From assembly GCA_013239625.1 (NCBI GenBank), contig MU053561.1, forward strand, positions 3,798,283 through 3,834,595: a stretch of DNA of 36,313 nucleotides, in the 5' to 3' direction. This DNA comes from Lama guanicoe (taxonomy: Eukaryota). The notes below the pieces were generated by a model, which saw nothing but the letters and a program-made list of their open reading frames with translations, ran no database searches and was not told the DNA's origin. Shown here one piece after another: positions 1 through 10,178 of this stretch (positions are counted from its first letter, which is position 1; every line of letters starts with the position of its first letter). The translations under genes were made by a program, and so were the position numbers.

Positions 1-980
1 CTGTTTATTTTCCATCAACCTGTTTCCGTTTGCAGGGTTTATGGAAGAACAACTGGAGATCTCTCTGTGGTTGTTCCCACCTGTTCAGTGGCCTGAGCAG
101 TAGGGCTGCCGACCAGTCCTCTGGCGGGGTGAGCACCCCTGTCTTCAGCAGGGGCTGCTGCTCGCCTTCAGACCGGTCTGCGACCACGGGATTAACAGCA
201 GTGAACTTGGGAGCTGGAGCCATCCATTCACCCTGAAATTCCAACTTGGTCACAGCCTTTTTGGCCGCAGCCTGCTTTTCCTTTCCAATCTCTTTAGGAT
301 CTCTGTGGAAGCAGAGATCAGGCGCCACCTCCCATGGGTGTCCACGGGAGATGGTGCCGCGCATGCACAGAAATTCACAGGCCAGCATCCGCTATATTAG
401 ACCCTCTGAGCGGGCTCCCTTGTTGCTTCACGGGATGGCAACGTCTGCACAGCGCAGAGGAGAGTCTGTGTTGCAGGGAGCCATGGTAGGCGGGTTGATG
501 TAAGATGCCTCTGTGAGAGGCTGGTGGGCAGCCCTGGGATCAGTAACCACTGGGAGTCTTGTCTCCCGGGAAGCTGCCTAGGCTGGGTTAGAAAAGGTTC
601 CAGGAATGGAGCACCCACAACAGGAGTGATGCCAGTGGTGGCAGCAACTTCTGCACAGCTCATTGGCCAGGTTCCTGGAGGGTATGGCACTGACATCATC
701 TGGGTTTGCAATGACAACAGTGGCACGAGCTGCCAATGGGAGCTTCTCCCAACTTCTCTCCAGGCTTATGATACAGATGCCAGCATTTTCCTTTTGTGGA
801 TGTACTGCCCCACTTGGAAGTCAAGGTTGCTGCCACCTAAGTGGGTTCTTGCTGCAAGGAATATGAGGACAGTCTTCTCCTTCACGTGCAGGACATCAAG
901 GCTCTGGACATTGTAAAAGTTTCCTGTTAAGTTCTGATGAGGACGCAGAACAAAGCCTGTCTGGGTAGGACAGAAAGGCC
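1..980 (-). pseudogene. RPSA: Processed (retro-)pseudogene of RPSA (40S ribosomal protein SA / laminin receptor 1)
   Basis: The minus strand reads ATG TCC AGA GCC (C)TT GAT GTC CTG from 911 and follows the RPSA CDS without introns. ORF 5..388 gives '[47 protein letters not shown]', the RPSA C-terminal half. An RPSA-like 5'UTR (…CTTAACAGGAAACTTTTACAATG) and 3'UTR ending GTTGATGGAAAATAAAC are present, with AATAAA at 9..4. Disabling lesions: -1 frameshifts near 900 and 790, a ~21-nt deletion near 160, and the native TAA changed to CCA near 55. The poly(A) tail would lie just outside the window. Confidence 0.96.
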
Positions 981-1024
981 CTACCTTTCCCTTTAAACAG
1001 AAAAATTTTCTTGGCAGTGGTATT

Positions 1025-1050
<26 letters not shown>
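1025..1050. repeat. (TG)13 microsatellite
   Basis: Perfect TG repeat read directly. Confidence 0.95.
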
Positions 1051-1056
<6 letters not shown>

Positions 1057-1224
1057 TGTAGGTGAAAATCTGAAAGACAAATCACAAATTCCGGGACATA
1101 ATAAACTTTCTTCTTCTAATTACAAAAACTTCAAGTTCTGAATTTACCATTATTTTTACATTTCAAGTTCAATAATACAATTTCAAGTATACACTTTGTT
1201 TTAAATGCTTTTTTTAAAAAACAC

Positions 1225-2233
1225 CATGACCAAGATAGAGTAACAGGTCTGGATTTATCCTCCCGTATGAAATAACTATCAATTCAGACAAAACATATGA
1301 AATGAGATTCAAGAAATTGGACATCAGGAAATAGAGCACAGTGCTGCCTGAAATGCCGAAGACCGACAGGGTAACCCCCATCATTGCCCCACTTTGCTGC
1401 CTAAAGAGACTTTTCAGGCTGTGGTACAGGGAGGGGAACCAAGCAGAGCCTAGTGGGCTCCCTGCTTCGAAGAGACAGAGCTAGGATTTGAGGAAGCAGA
1501 ATAACAGATGCAGATAAAAACAATTCTAGAAAAATACAGAGGCTCCCCTCAAGTATTCAGTTGTAGTGTTCAGTGCATGTGTGGGAGGAAAGAATCCCTT
1601 GAATGGATAAAAGGGAACAATACCTAGAATCATGCAAGAACATAAAAAGTACCTGTTATGACCAGCCAGGCTGCAAACCTCATAATCCATGAAGCAGTGG
1701 GTAATGTAATCAGACTGGTCTTGACTCAGTAGTGGGACATTAAAGCCCTGGATTGAATGTTTCTCTGGTTGTGCCCAACAAAGCAAGACCTGAAAGTATC
1801 CAACTGTTTCCGAGAACTCTGTGTTCCAAAGGTGAAGGATAGTTATGAAATACACAAATATGCAGCACCCAGCAAAATACAATCGCTGGGATCCTATAAA
1901 AGTTACCAAACATGTAAAGAAACAGAAGAATATGGCTCATAAGGAGGAAGAAAATCTTCCAATTGAAAGTCAGCAGAACTGACACCAATGATAGAATTAG
2001 TAGAAACAAACCAACAAAAACCCCTTTAAAACAGTAATTCTAAAAGCTTGGGGGGAAATTAAACATGATAAGCAGAGAAATGGAAGAGATAAAACAAATT
2101 CAAGGTGAGCTTCTAGAGATGAAAACTATAATGTCTGAAATAAAAAATCTACCAGATAAGATTAACAAAAGATTAGACATTGTAGGGACAAAGATTAGTG
2201 AACTTGAAAACATAGCAATAGAAATTATCTAAA
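1225..2233 (+). mobile_element. Old L1 (L1MC/L1MD/L1M4-type) 5'UTR plus start of ORF1, decayed
   Basis: Begins CAAGATAGAGTAACAGG…GGACATCAGG as in old L1M 5' ends. It runs into A-rich ORF1-like sequence (…GAGATGAAAACTATAATGTCTGAAAT…GATTAGTGAACTTGAAAACATAGCAATAGAAATTATC). Confidence 0.75.
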
Positions 2234-3267
2234 TTCACTAATCTCTTATGTAATGTCTAATCTGTTCTTAATCCCACCCAGTGTACTTTTTCACTTCAGA
2301 CATCATAGTTTTCATCCTTAAAATCTGATTTATATCTCTTTTATATTGCCTACATTTCTACTTAAATTTTTGAAACTATGAAATGCAGTTACAATAACTA
2401 TTTTAATGTTCTTCTCAGCTAAATTTAACATGTGTATCAATTCTTTGTTATTTTCAAATGGTTGATTGATTTCTTTCTCTTCATGATGGGTCGTGTTTTT
2501 CTGCTTCTCTGAATGCCTAATAATTTTTTATTGGCTGCTAGACATTGTGAATTTTTTTCTTGAGTGTTGGATAGTTTCGAATTCCTATAAATATTCCTGA
2601 GCTTTGCACTGGGATCGTTAGGTTCGTGGAAGTAATTTGATCCTTTCAGGTCCTCCTCTTAAGACATATTATGTGGGACCAGTCATGTTTACTGTAGGGA
2701 TAACTGCTTCTCAACACTGAGGAAGACCTTTCTGAGGATTCTACCCAATGCCCCAGGGCTTATGAGGTGGGAAGAGGCACTATTCCTAGTTACTGTGAGT
2801 GCCAGGTACTTTTCCCTCTAATCCTTACGGCTGGTTCCTTCCTCAGTCTTGATACTCCCCTCACAGTAACGCACTCATCAGTACCCTGTCAAAGTCATTA
2901 ACGGGATCCTCTGAGAATACCCGAGTCTCTCTCTGCGCAGCCCTCTCCTTTCTGGTACTCTCTGCTGCCAACTCCAGCTACGTTAGTTCCTCTGGGTGTT
3001 CAGCAATGTCTCCTCATCTCCTGTAGTCTTCTGGCTTTTTGGGTTGGCCTTTCCTGAACCACAGTCAGGCTCTCTCCTAAGGGAGTAAGCCTGAGCAATG
3101 ATAGGTTTCACTTTGTCTGTTCCCTGTCTCTTGGGGATCACTGCCCTCTGTTGCCTAATGTGGAGTGTCTTGAAAACCATTTTTGTGTGTGTGTTTTGTT
3201 CAGTTTTTAAATTTTAGGCAAGAGGGTAAATATGTTCACTGTTAATCTATCTTAGTTAAAAGCAGAA
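2234..3267 (-). mobile_element. Second old L1 5'UTR/ORF1-start fragment, inverted relative to 1225-2233
   Basis: The reverse complement matches the left arm at several points: 3239-3253 vs 1232-1246 (14/15), 2287-2317 vs ~2117-2147, and 2234-2244 vs 2192-2202 (11/11). Confidence 0.75.
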
Positions 3268-3443
3268 TCCTCGGACCATTTGCATGTAATTTAATTATCA
3301 GTGTGGTTGGCTATGTATCTACCACATTGCTAGTTGCTTTCTGTTCATTTGATTTGTTCTTTTTCCCTTTTTCTCCTGCTTTCATTTGTATCAATTCTTT
3401 CTTTGTGATTTTATTTTATATCAATTATTAGTTCACTCATTAC

Positions 3444-4975
3444 TTTTTTTTTAAAAAAGACTTTTTTCCAGCAGTTTTATGTTCACAGAAAAATAAAGAG
3501 GAAGGTATAGAGATGCCCCATGTACTCCCTGTCCATGTATCTCCTGTATGTCCGCCATGCATGCAGAGCCTTCCCTGTTATCAACATCCCCCACCAGAGT
3601 GGTACATTTGTTACAACTGATGAGCCTACAATGACACATCATTATTACCCAAAGCCCATAGTCTACTGTAGGGTTTACTCTTGATATTGCATATTTCAAG
3701 GGTTTGGACTGGTGTATAATGACATGTATCTATCATGATAATATCACACAGAGTATTTCCACTGCCCTAGAAATGCTCAATGTTCTCAATGTTCCTATTT
3801 ATCCCTCTCCTTTCCCAGCTTTTGGCATCCACGGATCTTTTTATTGTCTTTATAATTTTACCTTTTCCAGAATAACAAATAGTTGGATTCAAACAGATGT
3901 AACCTTTTCAGATTTGGCATCTTTTACTTAGTAATATGCATTTGTGGTTCCTCCAGGTCTTCATGGCTTGGTATTTCATTTCTTTTTGGTGTGGAAGAAC
4001 AGTCCGTTGTCTGGCTGTACCACAGGTTATACATCCACTTACCTGCTGAAGAACATCCTGGTTGCTTCCAAGATTTGGCAATCATGAATAAAGCTGCTAT
4101 AAACATCCATGTGCAGGTTTCTGTGTGGATATAAGTTTTTAAGTCCTTTGGGTAAATGCAAAGGAGCATAATGACTGGATCTTATGGTGACAGTGTGTTT
4201 AGTTTCATAAGGAACCGCCAAACTGTCTTCCAAAGTGGCTGTACAATTTTGCGTTCCCACAAGCAATGTACAAGAGTTCCTGTTACTCCACGTCCTTACC
4301 AGCATTTGATGTTGTCAGTGTTCTAGATTTGGGCCATTCTCATAGGTGTGTAATGGTGTCTCAGTATTGTTTCAATTTACATTTCCCTGATGATGTATGA
4401 GATGGAGCATCTTTCCAAATGCTTATTTGCCATCTGTATGGCAGTGCTGAGGTGTCTGCTAAGCTCTTTGGCCCATTTTCTAATTTTTTTCTTATTGTTG
4501 ACTTTTGCTAGTGCTTTGTATATTTGGGGTAACAGACCTTTATCAGCTACGTCTTTTGCAATTCTTTTCTTCCACTCTGTGGTTTGTCTTTTCATTCTCT
4601 TGACATTGTCTTTCACAGAGCAGAAGTTTTTAATTTTAGTGAAATCCAGCTTTATTATTTCCTTCATGGATTGTGTCTTTCGTGTTGTATCTAAGTCATC
4701 ACCATACCCAAGATCATCTAGGTTTTTCCCTATGTTGTCTTCTAGGAGTTTTATAGTTTTGTGGTTTACATTTAGGTCTATAATCCATTTGAATTAATTT
4801 TTGTGAAGGGTGTAGGTCTTGTTTAGATTCATCTTTTTGCATGTAGATGTCCAGTTGTTTCAGCACCACTTGTTGAAAAGACTGTCTTTGCTCCAATGTA
4901 TTGCCTTTGATCCCTTGTCAAAGATCAGACTCTATTCAGATGGGTCTACTTCAGGGCTCTCTATTCTATCCCCTT
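3444..4975 (-). mobile_element. L1MC-type (L1MC1/2-like) 3' end: ORF2 C-terminus, 3'UTR and short poly(A)
   Basis: Broken minus ORFs 4377..4667 (KLDFTKIKNFCSVKDNVKRMKRQTTEWKK) and 3924..4169 (IYPKDLKTYIHTETCTWMFIAALFMIAKSWKQP) are L1 ORF2 C-terminal motifs. L1MC 3'UTR motif ATCAACATCCCCCACCAGAGTGGTACATTTGTTAC is present, with a T-run at 3444-3452. Confidence 0.9.
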
Positions 4976-4979
4976 GCTC

Positions 4980-5650
4980 TACCATTCCCCAGCTGTGCAG
5001 TCTTCTTCCTGGCATCAGTGTGGAATTCTGGACCCAAGATGTTTCTTGCAATCCCCGGAGGTAGAGGATTTTTCATTCTACTCTCCTTCCAGCAGCGATG
5101 GTTCTTTCCTATGTCCTGTTAGGGGGTGGGTTCCCACCATCTCCCAGGTTTACCCTTTCTCCTTCAATGATTTAAGGCTTTTATTTTATAGGAGAAAGGG
5201 GTCTAGGGAAGCAAGCAGGGCTTTGTGCCTGTTCCTCTATCCTGTGTCAGAGGAGACTCCCGTCGGTCTGCGGCCCTGCCCTCAGTCTTTCTCGCAAGCA
5301 CCCAGTGGAGGCTCAAGAAGAAGAGCCTACAAGTAAAGTGAGCTAGTGCCTAGGGGCCTACTGTTCCACGCTGACCCACCCTTGACCTCCGAGATTTCAT
5401 TAAGCTTTTAGTTTACTTTCCACCTGTTTGTTTGCAGCCTCATCTTTCTCCCAGGCGAAAGGAGAGACACTTTGTGTCCCACCTTGCCTTTGAGGGCCTT
5501 CCTCCTCCTTGGAATTTGGTTTACTTAGTTGCCTTTTGAACTCAGACATCTCATGGGCTCCGTAAATGTCGTTTTTTAACCCATCCAGCTTTTCCTCGTT
5601 GTTAAGGTGGGAACAACGTTCTTTCCAGCTTTCTTCATCCTGAGAGGAAG
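4980..5650 (-). mobile_element. Very old L1 (L1ME-like) 5' end fragment
   Basis: The right end …CCAGCTTTTCCTCGTTGTTAAGGTGGGAACAACGTTCTTTCCAGCTTTCTTCATCCTGAGAGGAAG resembles the antisense of L1ME 5' ends. Highly decayed. Confidence 0.45.
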
Positions 5651-5704
5651 CCTTGTTCTCTTAGCATTGGATTCACTCTTTTTCTCAGTGGCCAGAAGAG
5701 GTGA

Positions 5705-5790
5705 GTTTCCTATTTTACACACAGGAAACTGAGATCTTGGAGAGGTTACATTCCTTGATTGGCAGGTGATGACGCTGGAACTCCCCAGTG
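5705..5790 (-). mobile_element. MIR fragment
   Basis: CCTATTTTACACACAGGAAACTGAGATCTTGGAGAGGTTA is the antisense MIR core. Confidence 0.65.
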
Positions 5791-6847
5791 ACCAGAAATG
5801 TGTGAGGTCAGTCACTGGGATGGGAAGCAGGAGGGACCAGCAGAAAGCCTGGGGGTCCTGGGAGGTGGGAGAGCCTGGGGAAAAGAGGCTGCCAGGGGGG
5901 TGAGGGTCCAGATATTCACTCCTCTGTCGGAGGCAGGAGTCCAGCCATCAACTAAGAACAAACAGCCTGATTGGGTGGCTTTCTGAAGCACCACTGGCCA
6001 GGAACTGACCCACCCAGGGTGGGGAAGGAGGGCTGGGGAGGACTGTGGTGATGCCTGTTCTAAGCTCAGGATCCAGAACGGCGCCTCAGCCCACACCCTC
6101 CACCTCCTGCCCGCTGACCTCGCAGCTGCGCTCTCCCCGCACCCCATGGCCATCTACTGTGCGGACACACTAGCCTACTAGCCATTTCTCAAACACACCC
6201 CTCCTTTTCCTGACATGATCAACTTCGTTGAAGTGTTCCCCTGACCTGTAATGCCCTACCCGCTCCCCTAAAGCACCCTCGGTTCTGCCCGTCCGAAGCT
6301 GAGGATGGGGGAACAGCCCCGTGTGTGTGTCCGCGGGAGTGAAGAGGCCCAGTGTGTGCGTTGTGTATGTGAAATGGAAGAAAGGCTGTGGGTGTGCATG
6401 GCAGGGGGAGGGCCCCCCAGCAAAGGTGGGGAACAGCTCAGAGTGTACTCAAAGGGAAGGGAGGCAGGCAAGAATGGGCCTGCTCTTCTTACCACAATTC
6501 CAGAGCAGCCCTGGAGAGACGTGTCTCATCCATCAGCCTCTCGGGAGACAGCATTAGCACAGCGGGGTGACAATGACTGCACACATTGGGGACACTCTTC
6601 CAGGCTGGCTGCATGAAGAGGGACCCAGTGAGGCTCCCCCCACTGCAGACTGAGGCGCAGGCGGGGAAGAAGGCCGTACGTGACTGGCCTGAGGGGTCGG
6701 GGAGGGTCTAATGCCGGAGTGGATGAAATCCCACCATGAGGGATTCAGTACTTTACCAAGTCCTCCAGCCCATGTCTTTTAAGCTGCAAATCTTTCTAAG
6801 AAGGTGATATGTTTGACTCTTTTCATTTCGTTTTATGTGAACAGCAT

Positions 6848-7190
6848 GGGCTTTGAATCCATTAGAACTGAGTTCAAATCCTGACTCTACCAATTACCAG
6901 CAATGAGCACTGTGGACCTTTTGCTTCTAGGCTTTTTGGTGGGGGATTAGATTGATTGATGGATTGATTTAATGGAGGTACTGGGGATTGAACCCAGGAC
7001 CTTGTGCATGCTAAGCAAGCACTCTACCGCTAATCTATATCCTCCCCCCACCCCCGATTTTAGTATTTAACCCTTCTGAGCATTCATTTCCTGGTTTGTA
7101 AAATGAGGATAATGATGCTCATGTTACAGGTGTGTAAAGCTGAAGTGAGATGGGGAACATAAAATGCTTCACACAGTGTCTGCCATAAGA
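6848..7190 (+). mobile_element. MIR, interrupted by a younger SINE
   Basis: GAGTTCAAATCCTGACTCTACCA (B-box region) lies left of the SINE. TTTAACCCTTCTGAGCATTCATTTCCTGGTTTGTAAAATGAGGATAATGAT (core) lies right of it. Confidence 0.8.
6933..7049 (-). mobile_element. tRNA-derived camelid SINE (Vic-1 type)
   Basis: Minus strand GGGGAGGATATAGATTAGCGGTAGAGTGCTTGCTTAGCATGCACAAGGTCCTGGGTTCAATCCCCAGTACCTCCATTAAAT… is a tRNA-Ala-like head with a decayed A box and an intact B box (GGTTCAATCCC), followed by an (AATC)n-like tail. This matches the camelid Vic-1 SINE as I remember it. Confidence 0.85.
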
Positions 7191-7194
7191 ATCA

Positions 7195-7565
7195 CCCATC
7201 TGTCCATTCATTCACCAAATATTTATTGAGCAGCTACTAAGTGCCAGGGGCCATTCCGCATGCTGAGGATTCAACAGTGAATAGAACAAATCTCACACTG
7301 TTGTGGAGCTCGTAGTCTAGAAGACGGTGATAAAAAAATAAATAAAAGGTAAAATATAAGTCAGTTAGTAAGTGCTTTGAGGAACCACAGAGCAAGGGGA
7401 TGCAGCATGTGGGGAAAGGGACACCGTTACAATTTTATATAAACAAGACATACTCTTTGAATGACAGTCAGGGGAGTGGAGAAACTAGGAAGAAGTGAAG
7501 GCAGGTAGAGGGCATCTGACTCCACCTGGGATGAACAGGGAAGGGAAAAGAGGAAGATATGCAAA
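7195..7565 (-). mobile_element. L2 3' end
   Basis: CATTCATTCACCAAATATTTATTGAGCAGCTACTAAGTGCCAGG…GTGGAGCTCGTAGTCTAG is the canonical antisense L2 tail. Confidence 0.85.
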
Positions 7566-8809
7566 TTATATGATATACCAACATCATTTAGGGGTGTATG
7601 CATACGTATTTGTGTTTCAACTATCACTAACTTTGACATGAAAGGGCTTTGTTCCCAAAAGATTCATAAACAAGAGTGACTGCCACTACCCTGGTACTTC
7701 CTGGCTGAGTATAGAAGGATTTGTTTTTAAACCAAGAGTCAAATTTTACAGAGAAGAAAGCCTTTCACTGAAGCTTGTTGATCTAAGAGGGAGGTTGCAT
7801 TCTAGAAAGGTGGGCTAGCATGGTGGTTCCCTTCCTTGCATTCTGGAGGACAGGGTAGGCTCTTACTATGCAGATGTGTAAACTCACCAGCCTGTGGTTG
7901 TGGGTGAGGCCCCACTAGCTGAGTGACCACCCCATGTAGGCTCATTGCCTTCAGGTGTGCCAACACAGTGCTCTGGAAAAAGCGGGCAATGGCACAGGTA
8001 AGCAGGTAATATAGGAAGTGGGTACAGATGCATCTCAAACCAGGCAGTAACATTGGTCAACGTTTCAACCTGCAGCTTGAATAGAATCATTTAGCTGAGA
8101 TTGTAATTTTATGTCCTCTGGTTGAGGTAGCAATTTATAACCCTGGACAGGTGTAAAATAAGCATAGAGATAATGACACACTGGGTGCAGAACTTTTTCC
8201 AGTGGGTTGCATCGTATGGGATTTGTAACCAGTCTCGAAATCATTTTACTGCTTTATATATGCTTTGTCTGCATTTCTGTTTTTATGATGTTGGTGATGG
8301 GTAAGAGACTCTGAGACACCACATTTACAAGATTGATTTATTAATTTACAAATGTAACATAATTGCTGAGAATAATTTTGCTCTTGTTAAGCCTGCCAAC
8401 AACAGGAGTTTCAATTGCCTGGAAAAATCCAATATATTGAATTTGTGACTGTACTTTCAAATGTCTAAGGAAATGTGATTAATTAAAAATATGCAAAGTA
8501 GATGTTTAAGGATTTAATCTGTGAAACTTAAGTTAGTTGATATTGATCGAAGAGCCTGTAGAAACAATCTTTATAATTCTTTGTAATTGCTAGGTTTGTA
8601 AATAGAATCAACCAATTTGTAGATTGAGCTTGAAGGTTCAAGATAAGCTAGGTTTTAAAAATGAAAACTTTGATATATTGCATGTTGGATTTTGAAAAAA
8701 AAAAACTACAAGGAACTGTAATTAGTGCTTTCAAGGTACAAAGGTCTCCTTTCTCCATAGAAAGAAAAGAAAAAAATTACAGCCACGTTGTCATCAGCCC
8801 CCCACAGGA

Positions 8810-8965
8810 TTGTACCAGGTCTTGCCCAACATTGGTTGTTACTGCTCTTATTAATTTTTGCCAACCTTCTGAGTCAAAAATAATATTTTATTATTGCTTT
8901 AATTTACATTTCTATGGCTACAGAGAGGTTGAACATCTTTTCATCTTGACTTGGACATTTATGGT
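8810..8965 (-). mobile_element. Old L1 ORF2 fragment
   Basis: TTAATTTTTGCCAACC…TTGCTTTAATTTACATTTCT…GAGGTTGAACATCTTTTCAT is antisense L1M ORF2 C-terminal sequence. Confidence 0.65.
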
Positions 8966-8999
8966 GGTCTCTGAATTTCTGCTGAAGCCTCAAAGCTAA

Positions 9000-9808
9000 A
9001 ACCAGTAGGTGGTGCTATTTGTGGAGATGTAACTTGGTGCAGTCACCGTGGAAAACAACATGGAGTTTCCTCAAAAGATTAAAGATAGGACTATCATATG
9101 GTCCACAAATTCCATTTTTGGGAATTCATTCAAAGAAAATAAAAACTCTAACTCGGAATTGTGCTGAACACTGGAATTTGACACAACACTGTAAAATGAT
9201 TATGAATCAATAAAAAATGTTAAAAAAAAAAACTCTAACTTGGAAAGATATGTGTACCCTTATGCTGATTGTGGCATTATTTACGACAGCCAAGATTTGG
9301 AAACAACTTAAATGTCCATCAGTGGATGAATAGATAAAGAAAACGTAAGATCTATATAGATAGATACAGGTAAAATATAATATGTTTATATTATGTATTA
9401 TTGTGTATTATAGTATTTAGTCATAAAAAGTGAAATCTTGCCATTTGCAACACCATGGATGGAACTTGAGTGCATTATGTGAAGTGAAATAAGTCAGATA
9501 AAGACACATCCTGTATGATCTTACTTGTACGTGGAATCCCCCTGCCCCCTCACCAAATAAAACCCAAAGCTCATAGATACAGAGAACAAACTGGTGGTTG
9601 CCAGAGGCAGGGGGGTAGGGGGTGGGCAAATGAGTGAAGAAGGTCAAAAGGTACAAACTTCCAGTTATGAAATAGGTAAGTCATGGGGAGGTAATCTACA
9701 GCATTCGGACTATAGTTAATAATACTGTATTGCATATTTGACAGTTGCTAAGAGAGTAAATCTTAAAAGTTCTCATCACAAGAAAAAAATTCTCTAACTG
9801 TGTATGGC
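9000..9808 (+). mobile_element. L1MA9-like 3' end (ORF2 tail and 3'UTR)
   Basis: ORF 9019..9213 (NLVQSPWKTTWSFLKRLKIGLSYGPQIPFLGIH) is L1 ORF2 C-terminal. The 3'UTR motifs GCCATTTGCAACACCATGGATGGAACTTGAG and TTGCTAAGAGAGTAAATCTTAAAAGTTCTCATCACAAG are present. Confidence 0.88.
9159..9227 (+). mobile_element. ~70-bp 5'-truncated younger L1 3' tip with poly(A) and TSD
   Basis: TTGTGCTGAACACTGGAATTTGACACAACACTGTAAAATGATTATGAATCAATAAAAAATGTT+A(n), flanked by AAAAACTCTAACT(C/T)GGAA at 9141-9158 and 9228-9245. Confidence 0.85.
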
Positions 9809-9809
9809 A

Positions 9810-9999
9810 AGGTTCCAGGACCCTCGCCGTGCTCACTCCCTAGCTGGATGCTACCCTAGAAGAACACGGCTGGTTCCGAAGCCAAAGCCAGTCCTGTGGG
9901 CCCTGCAGTCGGCGTCTTTGGCTAAGTACATGCCTCACAGCTAAATGCAAATCCTTTCCTGAAGGGAGATCCAAATAGCACACCTCCGTGGTTAGCACA
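9810..9999 (-). mobile_element. MLT1-family (MaLR) LTR 5' fragment
   Basis: …TCCTTTCCTGAAGGGAGATCCAAATAGCACACCTCCGTGGTTAGCACA is the reverse complement of an MLT1-type start (TGTG…GGAGGTGTGC…GATCTCCCTTCAGGAAAGGA). Confidence 0.6.
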
Positions 10000-10147
10000 T
10001 CAACCAGTGGGGTTAAATCACATTCAAAGCAGTAGATGAGATTTGCAAGTTAATCACTATATACAAAAACAGATGAAAAACAAACATAGGGAACTATATT
10101 CAATATCTTGCAATAAGCTTTAATGACAAAGAATATGAAAACGAATA

Positions 10148-10178
<31 letters not shown>

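Noticed and set aside
5..388. 127-aa ORF as a functional RPSA-like CDS
   Set aside because: It is an internal fragment of a frameshifted processed pseudogene. The C-terminus is out of frame and reads through the lost stop.
6960..7049. tRNA-Ala gene
   Set aside because: The A box/D-arm is degenerate (TAGATTAGCGG), there is a SINE-type tail, and it sits inside a MIR.
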